DNA of 64,000 nucleotides from Mobula hypostoma (Eukaryota), in the NCBI RefSeq assembly GCF_963921235.1, contig NC_086097.1:162938001-163002000 (forward strand). Direction: 5' to 3'. Positions within the stretch are counted from its first letter, which is position 1; each line of letters opens with the position of its first letter. Below the pieces are notes generated by a model that was not told the DNA's origin, made no database searches, and saw nothing but the letters and a program-made list of their open reading frames with translations. Of the stretch, positions 26,201-40,800 are shown piece by piece. The position numbers were made by a program, and so were the translations under genes.

Positions 26201-29200
26201 CTAAAGGGGGAGGGTAAACAGACAGAAGTCGTAGTACATAGAGGTACCAATGACGTAGGTAGGAAATTGGAGGATGTCCCGTAAAGAGGATGTAGAGAGT
26301 TAGACAGAAAACTGAAAAGCAGGTCCTCCAGAGTAGTAATCTTTGGATTGCTGCCTATGCCACATGCCAGTGAGGGTAGGAATAGAATAATTTGTCAGAT
26401 GAACGCATAGCTGAGCAACTGGTGCAGGGCACAGGGTTTCAAATTTATGGATCATTGGGATCTTTTCTGGGCAAGGTATGACCTGCACAAAAAGGATGGG
26501 TTACACCTGAACCTGAGGGGGACCAACAATGTTGTGGGCAGGTTTGCTAGGGCTGCTGGAGAGGGTTTAAACTCATTTGGCACGGGATAGGAACCAAAAT
26601 GATAGAGCTGAGGATGGGACAGTCCGCATACAAGTAGATACAGCATGTAGTGAGACTGTGAGGAAGGACATTCAGCTAATAGGGCAAAATTGCAAGCAGT
26701 GTAATATGAGGGCAAAATCGAAACGGGTGATGAACAAGGCTGAAGCTGTTATATTTGAATATATCCAATAAACATAATAAGGTAGATAATCTTGCAGCTC
26801 AGTTAGAGATTGGCTGGTATGACGTTGCGGGCATCACTGAGTCGTGGCTGAAAGATGATCATAGTTGGAACCTAAATCTCCAAGGATACACCTTGTATCA
26901 AAAGGACAGGCAGGTAGGCTGAGGAGATGGAGTTAAAAAAGGAATCCCTTCCTTAGAAAGAGGTGACATAGAATCAGAAAATGTAGAATCCTTGTGGGCA
27001 GAGTTAAGAAAGTGCAAGTTGTATAAAGCCCTCCAAATAATAGACAGGATGTGGGATACAAATTACAATGTGAGATAGAAAATGCACATCAATGTTATGA
27101 TAGTGACGGGGGATTTCAATATGCAGGTAGATTAAGAAAATCAGGTTGGTGCTGGATCCCAACAGAGGGAATTTGTAGAATGCCTATGAGATGGCTCTTA
27201 AGAGCAGCTTGTAGTTGAGTCCACTAGGGGAAAGGCAATTCTGGATTGGGTGTTGTGTACTGAACCAAATTTAATTAGAGAGCTGAAGGTAAAAGAACTC
27301 TTAGGAGGCAGTGACTATAATTATGTATACTGCGTATATAGTTGAGATGTATCAGTATTATAGTAGAGTAAAAGGAATTACAGAGGCATGAGAAGAGCTG
27401 GCCAAAATTGATTAGAAGGGGACACTAGCAGGATGACAGCAGAGTAGCAATGGCAGGAGTTTCAGGGGTCAACCTGGAGAGGTACCTCACATAGATGCAG
27501 AAGTATTCTAAAGGGAGAATGAGGCAACCATAGCCGACAAGGGAAGTGAAAGACAGCATAAATGCAAAACAGAGGGCATATATTACAGCAAAAATTAGTG
27601 GGAAGTTAGAGGGTTGGGAAGCTTTTCAAAACCAACAGAAGGCAATTAAAAAGCTATCAGGAAAGAAAAGATGAAATATGAAGGTAGGCTAGCCAATAAT
27701 ATAAAAGAGGATGCCAAAAGTTTTTCAAATATATAAAGAGTAAAAGAGAGTCACGAGTGGATATCGGACTGCTGGAAAATGACACTAGAGAAGTAATAAT
27801 GGGAGAACCAAAAAATGGAGGAGAAACTTTGTAAGTATTTTGCACCAGTCTTCACTATGAGAGGCACTAGCAGTATGCCAGAAATGTGAGAGTTTCAGGG
27901 GGCAGAAGTGAGTGCTATGGAGAAGATGAAAGGTCTGGAGCAGATGGACTACATCACAGGCTTCTAAAAGATGTAACTGAAGAGACTAAGGAGGTATTAA
28001 GATTCAAAGTACAAAGTTCCCTTTTACTTGTTTTTTTTGTGTGGTAGAAGGCACTTGGGGGGAGGGCTGATGTGCCTGTTCAATCTTGTTCATTTTTTTG
28101 TTGGGGGAGCGGGCATTTCGGGGGTTGATGATCGTGCTGTCTCTCTTTTCTTTCTTGGTTTCGTGGCTACCCTGAGAAGAACTTCAAGTTGTATAGTTTG
28201 AAAATAAATGAACCTTTGAACAGATTCAAAGGAGATTAGTAATGATCTTTAAAGAGCCACTAGATTCTGGAGTGATGCCGGAGGTCTGTAAAATTGAAAA
28301 TGTCACTGCACTCCTTAAGAAGGGAGGGAGGCAGAAGAAAGGAAATTAAGGGCCTGTGATGGGATGAGACCCAGGCTGAAGAGCAGGGAACCAGTCAATG
28401 CTTGGCTGCTAGAACGGACTTGGAGGTGATTCAAAGTGGCAGGACAGAGACGAGGCAGAGTTGAGGGAGTGGGGTCATGGCCTGAGAGTGAGGCAACAGG
28501 GAACATGCTGAACCCGGCCCACATCTGAGAGTGAGGATGACCTGAGGTTTGCCCGATTTAACCGCGGGGCTAGATTGGAAAGATCAGGGTGTTGGGGACG
28601 GAACCGAGTGATGGACTGGTGTTCAGCTCGCTGCTCCATGGGGTTTACTCATCTCTGCATTGAAATGAGGCCATGGCCTGCAACTGACTGGCCCTTGAAA
28701 CAGCTGTGACTGCCTTCTTGGCTGTGGACTTTCAGTCCTGAATGGCAATTGCTCACTTTTATTGTTTGCATGATTGTTTTTTTTCCTGCACATTGGATGT
28801 TTGACTGTCTTTTTTAATGGGTTCTATCAGGTGTCTTTGTTTTGTGGCTGCCTGTATGGAGACAAATCTCAAGGCTGCATAAGGTGTACCTCCTTCGTTA
28901 ATGAATGTCTTTTGTATTCTTACCAATGGTGATCCGCAGGGGTCAAATTTGGGACAGCATCCTTTCAAGTTATATATCAATGATTTCGGTGATGGAATTG
29001 ATGGCTTTGTGATGATATGTTTATAGGTAGAGCAGCAGGTAGTGTTGAGGAAGCAGGGAGTCTGCAGGAGAACTTGGGCAGATTGCAGGAAAACAGCCAA
29101 AGGAGTGACAGGTGGAATATAGTGTAGGGGATGTATAGTCATTCACTTTGGTCAACGGAATAAAGGCATGGATATTTTCTAAATCGGGGAGAAAATTCTA

Positions 29201-31786
29201 AAGTGCTAATTGGCTTGGGAGTCCTTGGCGCGATTCACTGAAGGTTAACTTGCAGGTTGAGTCGGCAGTAAGGAAGCCAAATGCAATGTTAGCATTCATT
29301 TTGAGAGGACTAGAATATAAAGGGAAGGATGTAATGCTGAGGCTTTAGAAGGCATTGGTGAGACAGCATTTGGAGTATTGGGTGTGCAGTATTAGCTCCC
29401 TTATCTAAGAAAAGGTGTGCTGGCATTGGAGAGAGTCCAAAGGAGGTTCACAAGAATGATTCCAGGAATCAAAGGTTTAACCTATGAGGACAGTTTGATG
29501 GCTCTGGGCCTGTACTCATTGGAGTTTAGAAGAATGAGGGGGATCTCACTGAAACCTATCAAATGTTGAAAGGTCTGATAGAGTGGAGGATGCTTCTTAT
29601 AGTGGTGAGTTTCAGATCAGAGAGCACAACCTCAGGCTAGAAAGAAGTCCACCTAGGACAGAGATAAGGAGGAATTTCTTCAGTAAGAGGGTAGTGAATC
29701 TGTGGAATTCATTGCCACGGTCAGCTGTGGAGACCAAGCCATTAAGTATATTTAAAATACAGGTTGATAGGTTCTTGATTAGTCAGTGTCAAAGGATACT
29801 GGGAGAAAGCAGGAAGATGGATTTCAAAGGGATAGTAAATCAGCCATGATGGAATGGTGGAGCAGAATTGATGGGCCAAATGGTCTAATACTGCTTGTAT
29901 GTATTATGGTCTTATGAACCGTATGAACTTGCAACTGCCACCATTTACTGCTGAAATCTGGAAATATACCCGGGCACAAGAGATTCTGCAGATGCTGGAA
30001 ATATTGAGCAACACACACAAAATGCTGGAGGAACTCAGCAAGATAGGCAGCATCAGGCAGGCCTGAAACTTTGACTGTTTATTCCCCTCTGTAAGTGCTG
30101 CCTGACTTGCAGAGTTTCTCCAGCATTCTGTGTTGCTCAAGATTTCCAGCATCTGCAGAATCTCCTGTTTATAGTTTGTTACTTTTGCCTGTAGATGGCA
30201 CTGCATGTCAACAGGCTATTTGAACAGGGACATTGACAAAATTTTTGTGGAGCATTCAATCCAATTTTATTCCTATAAATCCTCACAGATACATCAGTCT
30301 AACAGGCCACTGATTCTCTTCAGTCAGTACGCTTCTACAAGCTAGTTGTCAAATAGTCATTATTCCTCAGACAAAATGCTCTACACCTTGACAGCGAGTG
30401 AGTCTGGGCTTAGTATTTTGATTAGAGTCGGTCTAATGGTTTATCTTTCAATCTTCAAATCTGTTGAAAATGACAACTTTACCACATCCTCCTTTTTACC
30501 TCAGCACAGAAGATCTCTCCTAGAGCACCGACTGAACAAGATTAAGTTTTTAAATTTTTCCAAAACTATCCCATTCGCTACTGAATTCTATTTGAGAATG
30601 GTCTACAGATTTGTTTTGAAATAATTATTGCAGAGTGGAAATAGGAAAAAGAAGAAATGCAAGGCAGCCATTATAAAATGCTGAACAACCCTGTCTCTGT
30701 AATGGAAAATCAATGGATTTGAGTTGGCGTATGGTCTACTTTTCAGTACTTTCTTTCACACTGGATCAAATAAAATTGGAAAGTGGAGCCAAAACAAACT
30801 TGCACAAAGATTTGCCAGGAAGTGCAATGGATGTCATTTCACAGGTTGATGTAAGATTTGGCCAAGATCTTTGGTAGTCCTCCCAAACCCACAAACCTGA
30901 CTTCTATAACTGATGACAAGCTTCACTAGCACATAGAAATGTTCAGGTTCCTTTCCAACTCACAGACCATCATGACTTGGAATTCCACTACTAGAGCATC
31001 ACTGTTGTTTGGCCTTAATCCTGGATAGTTTCACTGAAAGGAGTCCCAAGTTCAATTAGAATTCAAGATGGCCATTGAGGCCCAAATGCAATACAAATAT
31101 TGGAACTCAGAACAGGAATCATAAAACACTACAGCACGGGAACAGGCCCTTTGGCCCATCTAGTCCATGCCGACCTGTTTATCTGCCTCACTACACTCCG
31201 AGTGAACAACTTCCCTTGACGTTCCCTTAAATATTTCACCTTTCACTCTAAAGTCGTCGAGCTTGTTGAGCTGGGAGCAGTTCAGCTGAACCTGAAACAC
31301 CACAAGAGCATTGCCAAAGAAAGGTCATTTCATGCATAGATATACAAGTGGGAGTTGAGTATTTTCAGAAAAGGCACTCAGCAACAATGTACAAGCTGCT
31401 CAGTTGCAAGCTCGCCTCCCACAGCTAGACATAAAATCCAGGCACTTTAATCAGTTAAGCAACATAAACGAAACCGGGTAATAGAGGAAGGAGGAAAGAG
31501 ATGGGAAAGTGCGCATAGGTTGAAGTAAGAGTAATGTACAGGATGTTAAACACAGGCCCAGACAGGCCAGCACAAATGGCTTGTTACTGGGCTGTAAAGT
31601 TCTGTATATATGTCAACCACAGGTAATGGATGGGGTGTTTTCACAGACAACCTGAATTTGATTTTGTCCTTAAGTTGGAAAATACATAAAAAGCACTCAA
31701 TATGGTAGCCATACCTCCATCGTGTTGTAGTGAATGGCATAAAACAGCACATATGTCTGATAAGAAAGAACGATTGCTAGAAGTGA

Positions 31787-31820
<34 letters not shown>

Positions 31821-34800
31821 AGAGAGACAGAGACAGAGAGAGAGAGAAAGAAATAAATAAGAGTTCTGCCATCCATAGGAACAAATGTAGGTAGGTACTC
31901 AGACTTTTCAATTTAATAATGAGAGCTTGTATTGGTGTCTGTAACTAGGAGACGGCTTGTAAATTGTGTACTACTAGATAGTTGTGCTAAAGCTAAGGTA
32001 CAAACTCCTTTATGGAATCAGTCTGCCAATTAGCTGAGGTGACAGATCATTGTGTAGATATCTCTATTGTTACTGGGCTGCACATTAAATGATAAATGAG
32101 GTTAGGCTACCAATGGGCATGAGGTAAATTATGTGATTTACTGTGCAATACCCTGTAGCTGCTGGAGTTGACGGCCGGGGGGGGGGAGGAATGTATATCC
32201 ATAAAGAGGGCTTTCTGCTTGTATTAAGGCAGATGATAATCTGGCTACGCTTTATTTTCATGCCACATTCAGTCAATGTATGCAATATGGTGAGCCTTCA
32301 CTCCTGGCCTACAGTGAACTCTGGAAAATGCTCTGATGAGTAAAATTGTGACTATCTGTTGCATTGGGGGCACTGTCAACATTGGCATGTCCCATGCATA
32401 GTTTTGTAGTCCCAGCTGGCCATAGCACATTCCCCTTCCCCTCTCCAAGAACCATGCAAGTGGCCAACTTAATTCAATTACTCACCAGTGAAATGACCCC
32501 AGGAAACTTCAACCCCCCTCTGCCATGTACCTATTACTGCCCTCCACCCTTGCACCATTGACCTTCGCTTCTGTTCTCTCTCACTCTTTCCCAAACTGGG
32601 TACCTGTTTTAAAATGGTTCAAGGATAATGGTTAATGAAAAGTCTAAGTTGACCTGTAGAAGGTCCAGAACCAATTGACTTGACTTACACTGATGGAATC
32701 AACACTTAACATGGTTGGGTTTCGCTGCTTTGGAAAAGCAGACACTACAAAGGACTGCAATTTGAAAATGCCAGGTAATCACAAGTGTACGTCTGTGAAT
32801 ATAGTCTCTGTTTTACTCTCTCCTCCAATGCCGCCTGACTGCGGTGTTTTTCTAACATTCTCCTACATACACCAGAATCTAATACCTGCTGTATTTCATT
32901 ATAGTTTGAACAAATTATCTGCTGGGTTCATGCTGAAGTTTAACTTCAACCATCAATAAAGTTAAGAATTAGCTGCTAGTGCAACCAATTTCCTGATATT
33001 TGGCTTCACTGAGGTCAAAGGGAATTCACCTGCAAATGCCTTGGTGATCAACGACAAGTATTTCCACTGCTGTTGTTTGTCTGGTCATGAACATTCTGCC
33101 CTCCTGCTTCCTTCAGTGTGAGTAGTTCACTACTCATTAACTTTGTTTCCTTTTGCAGTGACATTTTCGCTATATTGCTCCCAGCGTCCTCAATCCAACA
33201 ATTCTGTGGGAAGCCCCTCACCAGAAGCACTGTAGTAATTCAAAATGATAGTGCACCACCCTCTTCTGAGGGGCAAATATGGATGGGTGAGAAATGCTGG
33301 CCTTCCCTACGTTCACAAATATGAATAAAATAAAAACTTCCCCACTTCCTCTGGGAGGATATTCCATATAGCCACAATCCTTTGTGTGAAAAACTTGCCC
33401 CTCACATTTCCATTACATATTGCCCCTCTCCCCTTACACCTAAATTCTCTGGACTCGAGGCTCCTCTACCCTTGGCTACCTACACCACCCACGCCTCTCA
33501 CAGTCTTATAGACCTTTATAAAGTCACCCCTATTACAGTGTGAAATATCTTGTCAATCCAATCACTCCTTGGAAGTAAAGCCCTCCATCCAGGTGAAATG
33601 TTGGCAAGTCTCTTCTGCACTCATTCTAACACTACTTCCTCTCTTCTACAGTGTGGTGGCCAGGAGTGCACACAATAGTCCAAGTGTGACCTAACCAAAG
33701 TCTTGTACAGCAACTTATTTGTAAATTGTCCAATTTGTAATAAATTTACTGCCTGGTTAAGGCCTACATTTCGACATTTCTGTCTAAAACCAACCTGGGC
33801 TAATTTAAGCAACAATACCCTATCAGAAACAGACCCCCTCACTGAAGACCTGAAGTGGAACCCTTGGGTAGCTGGTTTTGATGCTCCACATGAATCTCCC
33901 ACCTAACGTTTGTAAATTGGATATTCCACATTTTCAATTGTGTGTAGCTGAACAGTTTTCAAGCTTCACATTAAAATTGAATGACTATTGAAACTCTTTG
34001 ATCCTTCTCTGTTCCATATCTTACTTTGTACTTACAGCTACAGTTCTTTGCAATCACTGCGTCTCCATAGTATCCGTCCGCACATCGCTCACACTGTGTG
34101 CCTGCGGTATTCCTGATACACCTCAGACATTCCCCTGTCAGGGGGTCACAATTTCCAGGATCGGAACGGTCAATGTTGTTGTTGCAGTCACATGGCTCAC
34201 AGGACAGCCCAGGTGTTGTTGGGTTTCCATAGTAACCATCAGCACACCTATGCAGAAGGATTCATCATTTAACATGATTCACCATGAATTTTCCTGGACC
34301 TTTTAGGAGCTAACTCCTCCTACATCGGCCAGCCTAAAGTTCTTCCATACACTGAAATGCTGAGTGTATTCATGTTAAAAAGTTTTGTCTAAAACGTACA
34401 AGTATTGCTTTTATTTGGACAGCTGTACTTGCTGCTATGAAATCACAAAAAGAATAGGAGTTTTGAAACTTAAGGAAACATCCAAAATTAGGTAGTTGAG
34501 CCAGAAGGATCTCATAATCACTTCATTTCTGCCTCTGTTGCCAAGTGATGTTTGGCTTAATGCTTTGTCCATGAACAGATATGAACAGGCCCTTCTCAGG
34601 GCCGTCTCTGACCAGGTGAGTGTATAATTCTATTACTTAATAGAGTGCTCACGAACAGTGATCACTTCTCTTAAAAGATGATGTGCAGATTTGTTTTTAG
34701 TAATGTAAAAGCGTGGATGAAGCTGTCTATCCCCAAATTACAAAAGCATTTCGATAAAATGGACATTTGTTTTCTGTGTGTTCCTCCTGCCTGAACAAAC

Positions 34801-37800
34801 AATTTCTTCGCAAAACTGAAATGGATGCAAATGCCAAAGCAGGTTACAGGTCAAATGTGGCCAGAGCATTGATGCTTTACTAACTCAAGAATTACCCCTC
34901 GACTACAGCTACTGGTATGATGTGTGTCATAGTACAGGACAGGTCAGGGTTTCTGATGTTCCATGAGGGCCTCAGCAGGAGTAGAACTAAGAACTAGCTA
35001 TGCTGTTTGTGATGCCTGCTATACATCCAATAAGGTGATGGCTAATTCCCTACACACTCACTCGATGCCCATAACCCATTTTCAGTAGATTGCAAAGGTT
35101 TGACAATCCTGACTTTGAACAGACTCAGCATCTGGATATCCCTATTCCTCCGTGGAAAAAAAATGTAAAATATTATAATTGTCTGTATGAAGAATATTTT
35201 CTTATTCTCAGTCCTAAAGTCTGATCTGTTATCTTGAAACTCTGTCTTCTGATAATAAGCTTGCCAGCAAGAGGAAACAGCGCCTCAGCATTTAGTTTGA
35301 GAACCTTTTATCTTGCAGGCTTCAGTGAGTTCACTTTCATCTTTCTGAACTCCACTGTCTACACACGTCTTACTCTATCTCTCTCTCCATCAGTCTTACT
35401 GGATCTCTCTCCAAAGGTCAATGCTTTCATTCCCGTGAACAAGGCAGTTGGGATATAGCCTTGTTTTCGTACAGAGACCAAATCTGGCCATGAGGTCCCA
35501 CTGAACTCCTCCTGCACAATCTCTGTATGACTTTGTTACTTCACCATTTCAGTTCATTACAATAAAGGTCCATGTCCTATTTCACTTTCTCCTTGTTTGG
35601 CACATGCAGCTTCTTCATTGTGTGAACACGGCACACTATTGAATACCAACATACAAAACTTTCCTATTATCTGAAATGTAAGGGCCAAGTACTTTCAGCC
35701 AACAGCAAGCTGTTCCTGTTCACTGCTGGCCCAATAAACATTGGCCTTTACTCTGTGCAGTGAAGAGATGCTAGGAAATGAAATTCAGGAGGAAAGACCA
35801 GCACCACTCCAAATAAATTTGTTTCATTGGGCAGTTGTACAGGATTCACCGACAAAACTGTAGAAAGTAATTTGGCAGTCAGCCAAAACACTCCTCCCAT
35901 CTTAGCCAGCTGTCAAGGATGTCACAAGCTATCAATTTTCTCAAATTGAGAAATATTCACAAATATTCCAAACCTGCTATTAAATTTATTTTTAAAATGA
36001 AGCATTTAAAACATTTTGAAAAAATAGTTGTAGAAATCTAATAGTTATTTGCTCTTCAAAGTGTTCAAATACACAAACATTTGAAAGAAGCTAACAATAT
36101 TGACATCAACTTTACTTCTTTACAATTATTCTACAGCAAAATTGTCCAAACATATTCCCTGACATAAGTGTTAGGAAGGTCCTTCAAGCTGGATGCAGTG
36201 TTGACATACAATATGTAAACAGCTCCCAGCATGTTCCAGACTCCCATATTCATGCATACATTTGCAGACTCCAGAATATGCTGGGGCCTCCATGGGAAGT
36301 TACTGTGATTACAAATGGAACTACCATTATTCCCTGAAAAATCTATCCCTTTTTTGACTTTGCATTCTTTCTACTAAAGTAATGAACTCATTATTTTGCA
36401 TATTGTGCTCTATCTGCTACGATCTTGCCCTTGTGCTTAACCTTTTTTTAATCACTGTGGAGCACTCATTGTTCCTTGCTGGCATTGACAGAATTGTTCC
36501 TTTCACTTCTTTCTCAGAGCTCCCGGCTCAGGCTTAATCTCACTTTTCGAAAATAGTCATTCACAAATCTTCACATTCCTACCTGTCACATCTGGATCCT
36601 GTGTAGGCTGGCTGGCACTGATCACAAATGAATTCTTCTGTTTTGTTTAAGTAGCAAGTGGGACTGAAACTGAAGAAATAATATGAACAACATTAGATTT
36701 GCTGCAGGTATCAAATCATCTGAGCACTCACTAGGCAGTTTCAACTATCTAAAAATTATGGTTCCTTTAGGTTGTCTGAGAAACAGAACGGAACAGCGGT
36801 TTAACTACAGACTTTTCACCTTTGATTCTAGATCAGTATGTTTCAAAACACTGGCTGAAAAATTCCGAATAAAGCAGGATTAAATTCTCATAAATCACTG
36901 GGTCACTGCATTGAGCAGTTCCTGTTTTGGCACTAAATTAATAACCTACTTCAGAGAGAGCAGAAAATAGAACTGGATCAGATGTAGGGACTCGGCCTGA
37001 AATGTTAACTGTTTATATTCTTCCATAGATGCTGCCTGACTCGCTGACTCACATATCCTATGCTGTTCCACATTCTAGCAACATAGGCCGTAGTCAAGGG
37101 AAATTCTTGCCTGACAAATCTATTGAAATCCTCTGAAGAAATAGCAAGCAGGATAGACAAAGGAGAATTGGTAGATACTACTAATTTGGAATTTCAGAAG
37201 GGCTTTGATAAGATACCATACATGAGGCTCCTAAGAGCCCATGGTATTACAGGAAAGATTCTAGCATGGATAAATTAGTTGCTGATTGACCCCTTTCTGA
37301 CTGACAGTGACCAGTGGTGTTCCCCAGGGGTCTGTGTTGGGACCATTTTTTTTTTACATTATATATCAATGATGGAATTGACGGTTCTGTTGCAATGTTT
37401 GTGAACGATACAAAGACAGGTGGAGTGGCAGGTCATTTTGAGGAAGTAGAGAGGCTACAGAAGAACTTAGAGTAGGAGAAAGCTCAAAGAAGTTACAGTA
37501 TCGTGAAGTGAACTTTGGTAGAAGAAATAAACTATTTACTAAATGGAAAAAAAATTCAAAACCCTGAGGTGCAAAGAGATTTGGAAGTCCTTGTGCAGGA
37601 TTCCCTAAAAGTTAATTTGCAGGTTGAGTCCGTGGTAAGGAAGGCAAATACAATGTTAGCATTCATTTCAAGAGGACGAGAATATAAAAGCAAGGATGTA
37701 ATGCTGAGACTTTATCAAGCGCTGGTGAGGTCTCATTTGGAGCCTTGTGAGCAGTTTTGGGCCTCTTATTTTAGAAAGGATGTGCTGATACTGGAGAGAG

Positions 37801-40800
37801 TTCAAAGGAGGATCACGAAAATGATTCAAGGGTTGAATGGTTTGTAATATAAAGAGTGTTTGATTGCTCTGGGCCTGTACTCACTGGAATTCAGAAGAAT
37901 GGGGAGTGATCTAATTGTAACCAATCGAATGGTGAAAGGCATTGCTAGAGTGGATGTTTCCCATGGTGGGAGAGTCTAGGACCAGCGGACGTAGCCTCAG
38001 AATATAGGGGTGTCCTTTAGAAAGGAGATGAGGAGGTATTTCTTTAGCCAGAGAGTGGTGAAACTGTGGAATTCACTGCGAAAGGTCGCTGTGGTGGCCA
38101 AGTCTTTATGTATATTTAAGGCAGGGATTGGGACTGAGAGGGAAAATGGATCAGCCATGAAATGGCAGAGCAGACTTGATGGGCCAAATGGCCTAATTCT
38201 GCTCTGATATGTTATGGTCCTAATTGGTCATTGTAAATAGTACTGTCATTAGGCTAGGGTTAAATTGAGAGAGGCTGGGCATAGCCACTCAAAGTGCCAG
38301 AGAAGCCTATTCGATGCTGTATCTCCATAAATAAAAGATTCTAAATAAATATTTTAAATTAGGACTTTATTTTTAATAAAAATGTGAATTCTACATGGTT
38401 AAAATATGTACATTAGTAGTATCCAATAAAAACTCAGACCTCTGCTGAAGTATTCAATCAGATGTGCTTTCATCACAGTGGATGTATTGAAAAGTGGACA
38501 ATGGTTAAGATGCATATTCAGCCAGTACACAGCATCATTGAAAAAAATATTTTACAGATGGTACACAGAATCATTAATTACAAATGACAAAATTAAAATG
38601 CAAAAGATGGTAAGTTTCAGTAATGGACTATATGGAATATTTACTGCCATAACCTTTATGAATTTCCTAGCACTCCTGGCCTTAGAATCCTAAAGTTGTA
38701 GTTCAAGTCCCACTCAAGCACAAAAATGTAGAATAACTCTGCAGCACAGTACTGAATACTGCACTGTTAGAGGTGCCCTTTTTGTTTTAAGCTACTTATA
38801 ACTTGAAGCACCTTCAATTACTCCAAAAGACTGAGGTTTGGTAAAATACTGAAAGGCTTTTATTCGCTGTACAATATGACCTCCACAGTGAGTGTCTGCC
38901 CTCGGACTGAGGGGGAGGGGCAAGGCGAACACCTTTATACAGGACTCTGTGGGAAGAGCCACAGGGGCAGTCAGCAGAGGGGAGTGTCTAGACAGGCAAC
39001 CGAGTTACAACATATATACATGGTTTACCACATTCACCTTTCCTTTTTTTTTAAAAAAGAGTCCCGCGGGGTGAAGTGACTGACAATATTTACAAGAAGT
39101 ATATTTACAGGTTAAGTCTATCAGGCGGTCGAGTCCGTCGCTGTGATCTACGTAGCACCGGCGGTGATTGCACCGGCGATGGCGGTTGTGTTGGCTCCGG
39201 CCTGACTTCAGGTGCCAGCACGTTAGGCGTCGGTAATCCCTCGTGCGTGTGCGTCGCGCCCGGTATGGGAGTGTCGTGTGGTGTCTGTATAGGGTTTGGG
39301 GTGCACGGTGTTTCGTAGGTACATACATTTGTGGGTACGGGGTCAATAGTCACCACGGAGTGTTCAGGGTAGGGGCCCGGAGCTCCTGCGGGCGCCAGGT
39401 CGCGGATGGAGACCGTGTCCTCCCGCCCATCAGGTAAAACCGCGTAGGCATACTGGTGGTTCGCATGAAGTAAGTGAACCCTCTCGACTATTGGGGAGTA
39501 TTTATTGCTCCTCGCATGTTTCCGGAGCAGCACTGGCCCCGGGGACATCAGCCAAGATGGTAGGGTGGTTCCAGTGGTCGATTTTCTGGGAAAAGAAAAG
39601 AGCCGCTCATGAGGGGTGGCATTGGTGGCTGTGCATAACAGGGAGCAGATGGAGTGGAGTGCCTCAGGAAGGACCTCCTGCCAGCGGGAGACCGGCAGTC
39701 CCTTTGACCTGAGGGCTAAGCGTGTGGTTCTCCAGACTGTGCCATTCTCCTTCTCTACCTGTCCATTCCCCCGGGGATTTAGCTCGTGGTCCTACTGGTT
39801 GCAATTCCCCTAGCCAGTAGGTATTGGCGCAGCTCGTCACTCATAAACAAGGACCCTCTGTCACTGTGGATATAGCATGGGTATCCGAACAGAGTGAAGA
39901 GCTTGCGCAGGGCTTTTATAACTGACGTGATAGTGGTGTCGGGGCAGGGGATGGCGAAGGGGAACCGCGAGTACTCGTCAATTACATTAAGAAAGTACAC
40001 ATTGCGGTCTATGGAGGGAAGGGGGCCCTTAAAGTCAACACTCAGTCGCTCAAAGGGGTGGATGGCCTTGATGAGTGGTGCCTTTTCGGGTCAGTAGAAG
40101 TGCAGTTTGCACTCTGCGCAGACTTGGCAGTCCCTGGTCATCATCCTGATCTCCTCAAGGGAGTAAGGCAGGTTCCAGGCTTTCGCGAAGTGGAAAAACC
40201 GGGTGACTCCCGGGTGGCAAAGGTCTACATGTAGGGCATATAGCCGGTCGATCTGTGCGCTGGCGCATGTTCCCTGAGATAGGGCATCGGAGGGCTCGTT
40301 GAGCTTCCCAGGCCTGTACATGATGTCATAGTTGTAGGTGGAGAGTTTGATTCTCCACCTCAGAATTTTATCATTTTTGATTTTGCTCCGCTGCTGACTA
40401 TTAAACATGAATGCGACTGAGCGCTGGTCAGTTAGCAGGGTGAACCTGTTGCCGGCAAGATAGTGCCTCCAGTGCCTTATAGCTTCCACTATGGCCTGGG
40501 CCTCTTTCTCTACCGCAGAGTGCCGAATTCCAGGGCCTTGAAGAGTACGGGAGAAGAACGCCACTGGTCTTCCTGCCTGGTTGAGGGTAGCAGCCAGCGC
40601 AAAGTCGGAGGCGTCACTCTCTACTTGGAAGGGAATGGACTCATCCACCGCATGCATTGCTGCTTTGGCAATGTCCCCTTTTATGCGGTTGAAGGCCGCA
40701 TGGGCCTCGGCAGAGAGGGGGAATGTGGTGAACTTGACCAGGGGGTGGGCCTTGTCTGCATAGTTAGAGACCCATTGGGCGTAATATGAAAAGAAGCCCA

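Larger units (their letters stand above)
25246..29916 (+). mobile_element. Near full-length decayed CR1 LINE with 5' UTR repeats, ORF1 (Zn finger/leucine zipper plus SGNH esterase) and ORF2 remnants
   Basis: CxxC/zipper remnant near 25700-25830; esterase blocks IIGDS, CCLPGA, GTND, DGLH (about 26070-26510); EN and RT remnants about 26750-29800; TTATGGTCTTATG tail; two nested insertions. Confidence 0.88.

Noticed and set aside
39033..39110. env gene or endogenous retrovirus
   Set aside because: Integrase ends about 70 bp from the 3' LTR, leaving no room; pol is Gypsy-type.
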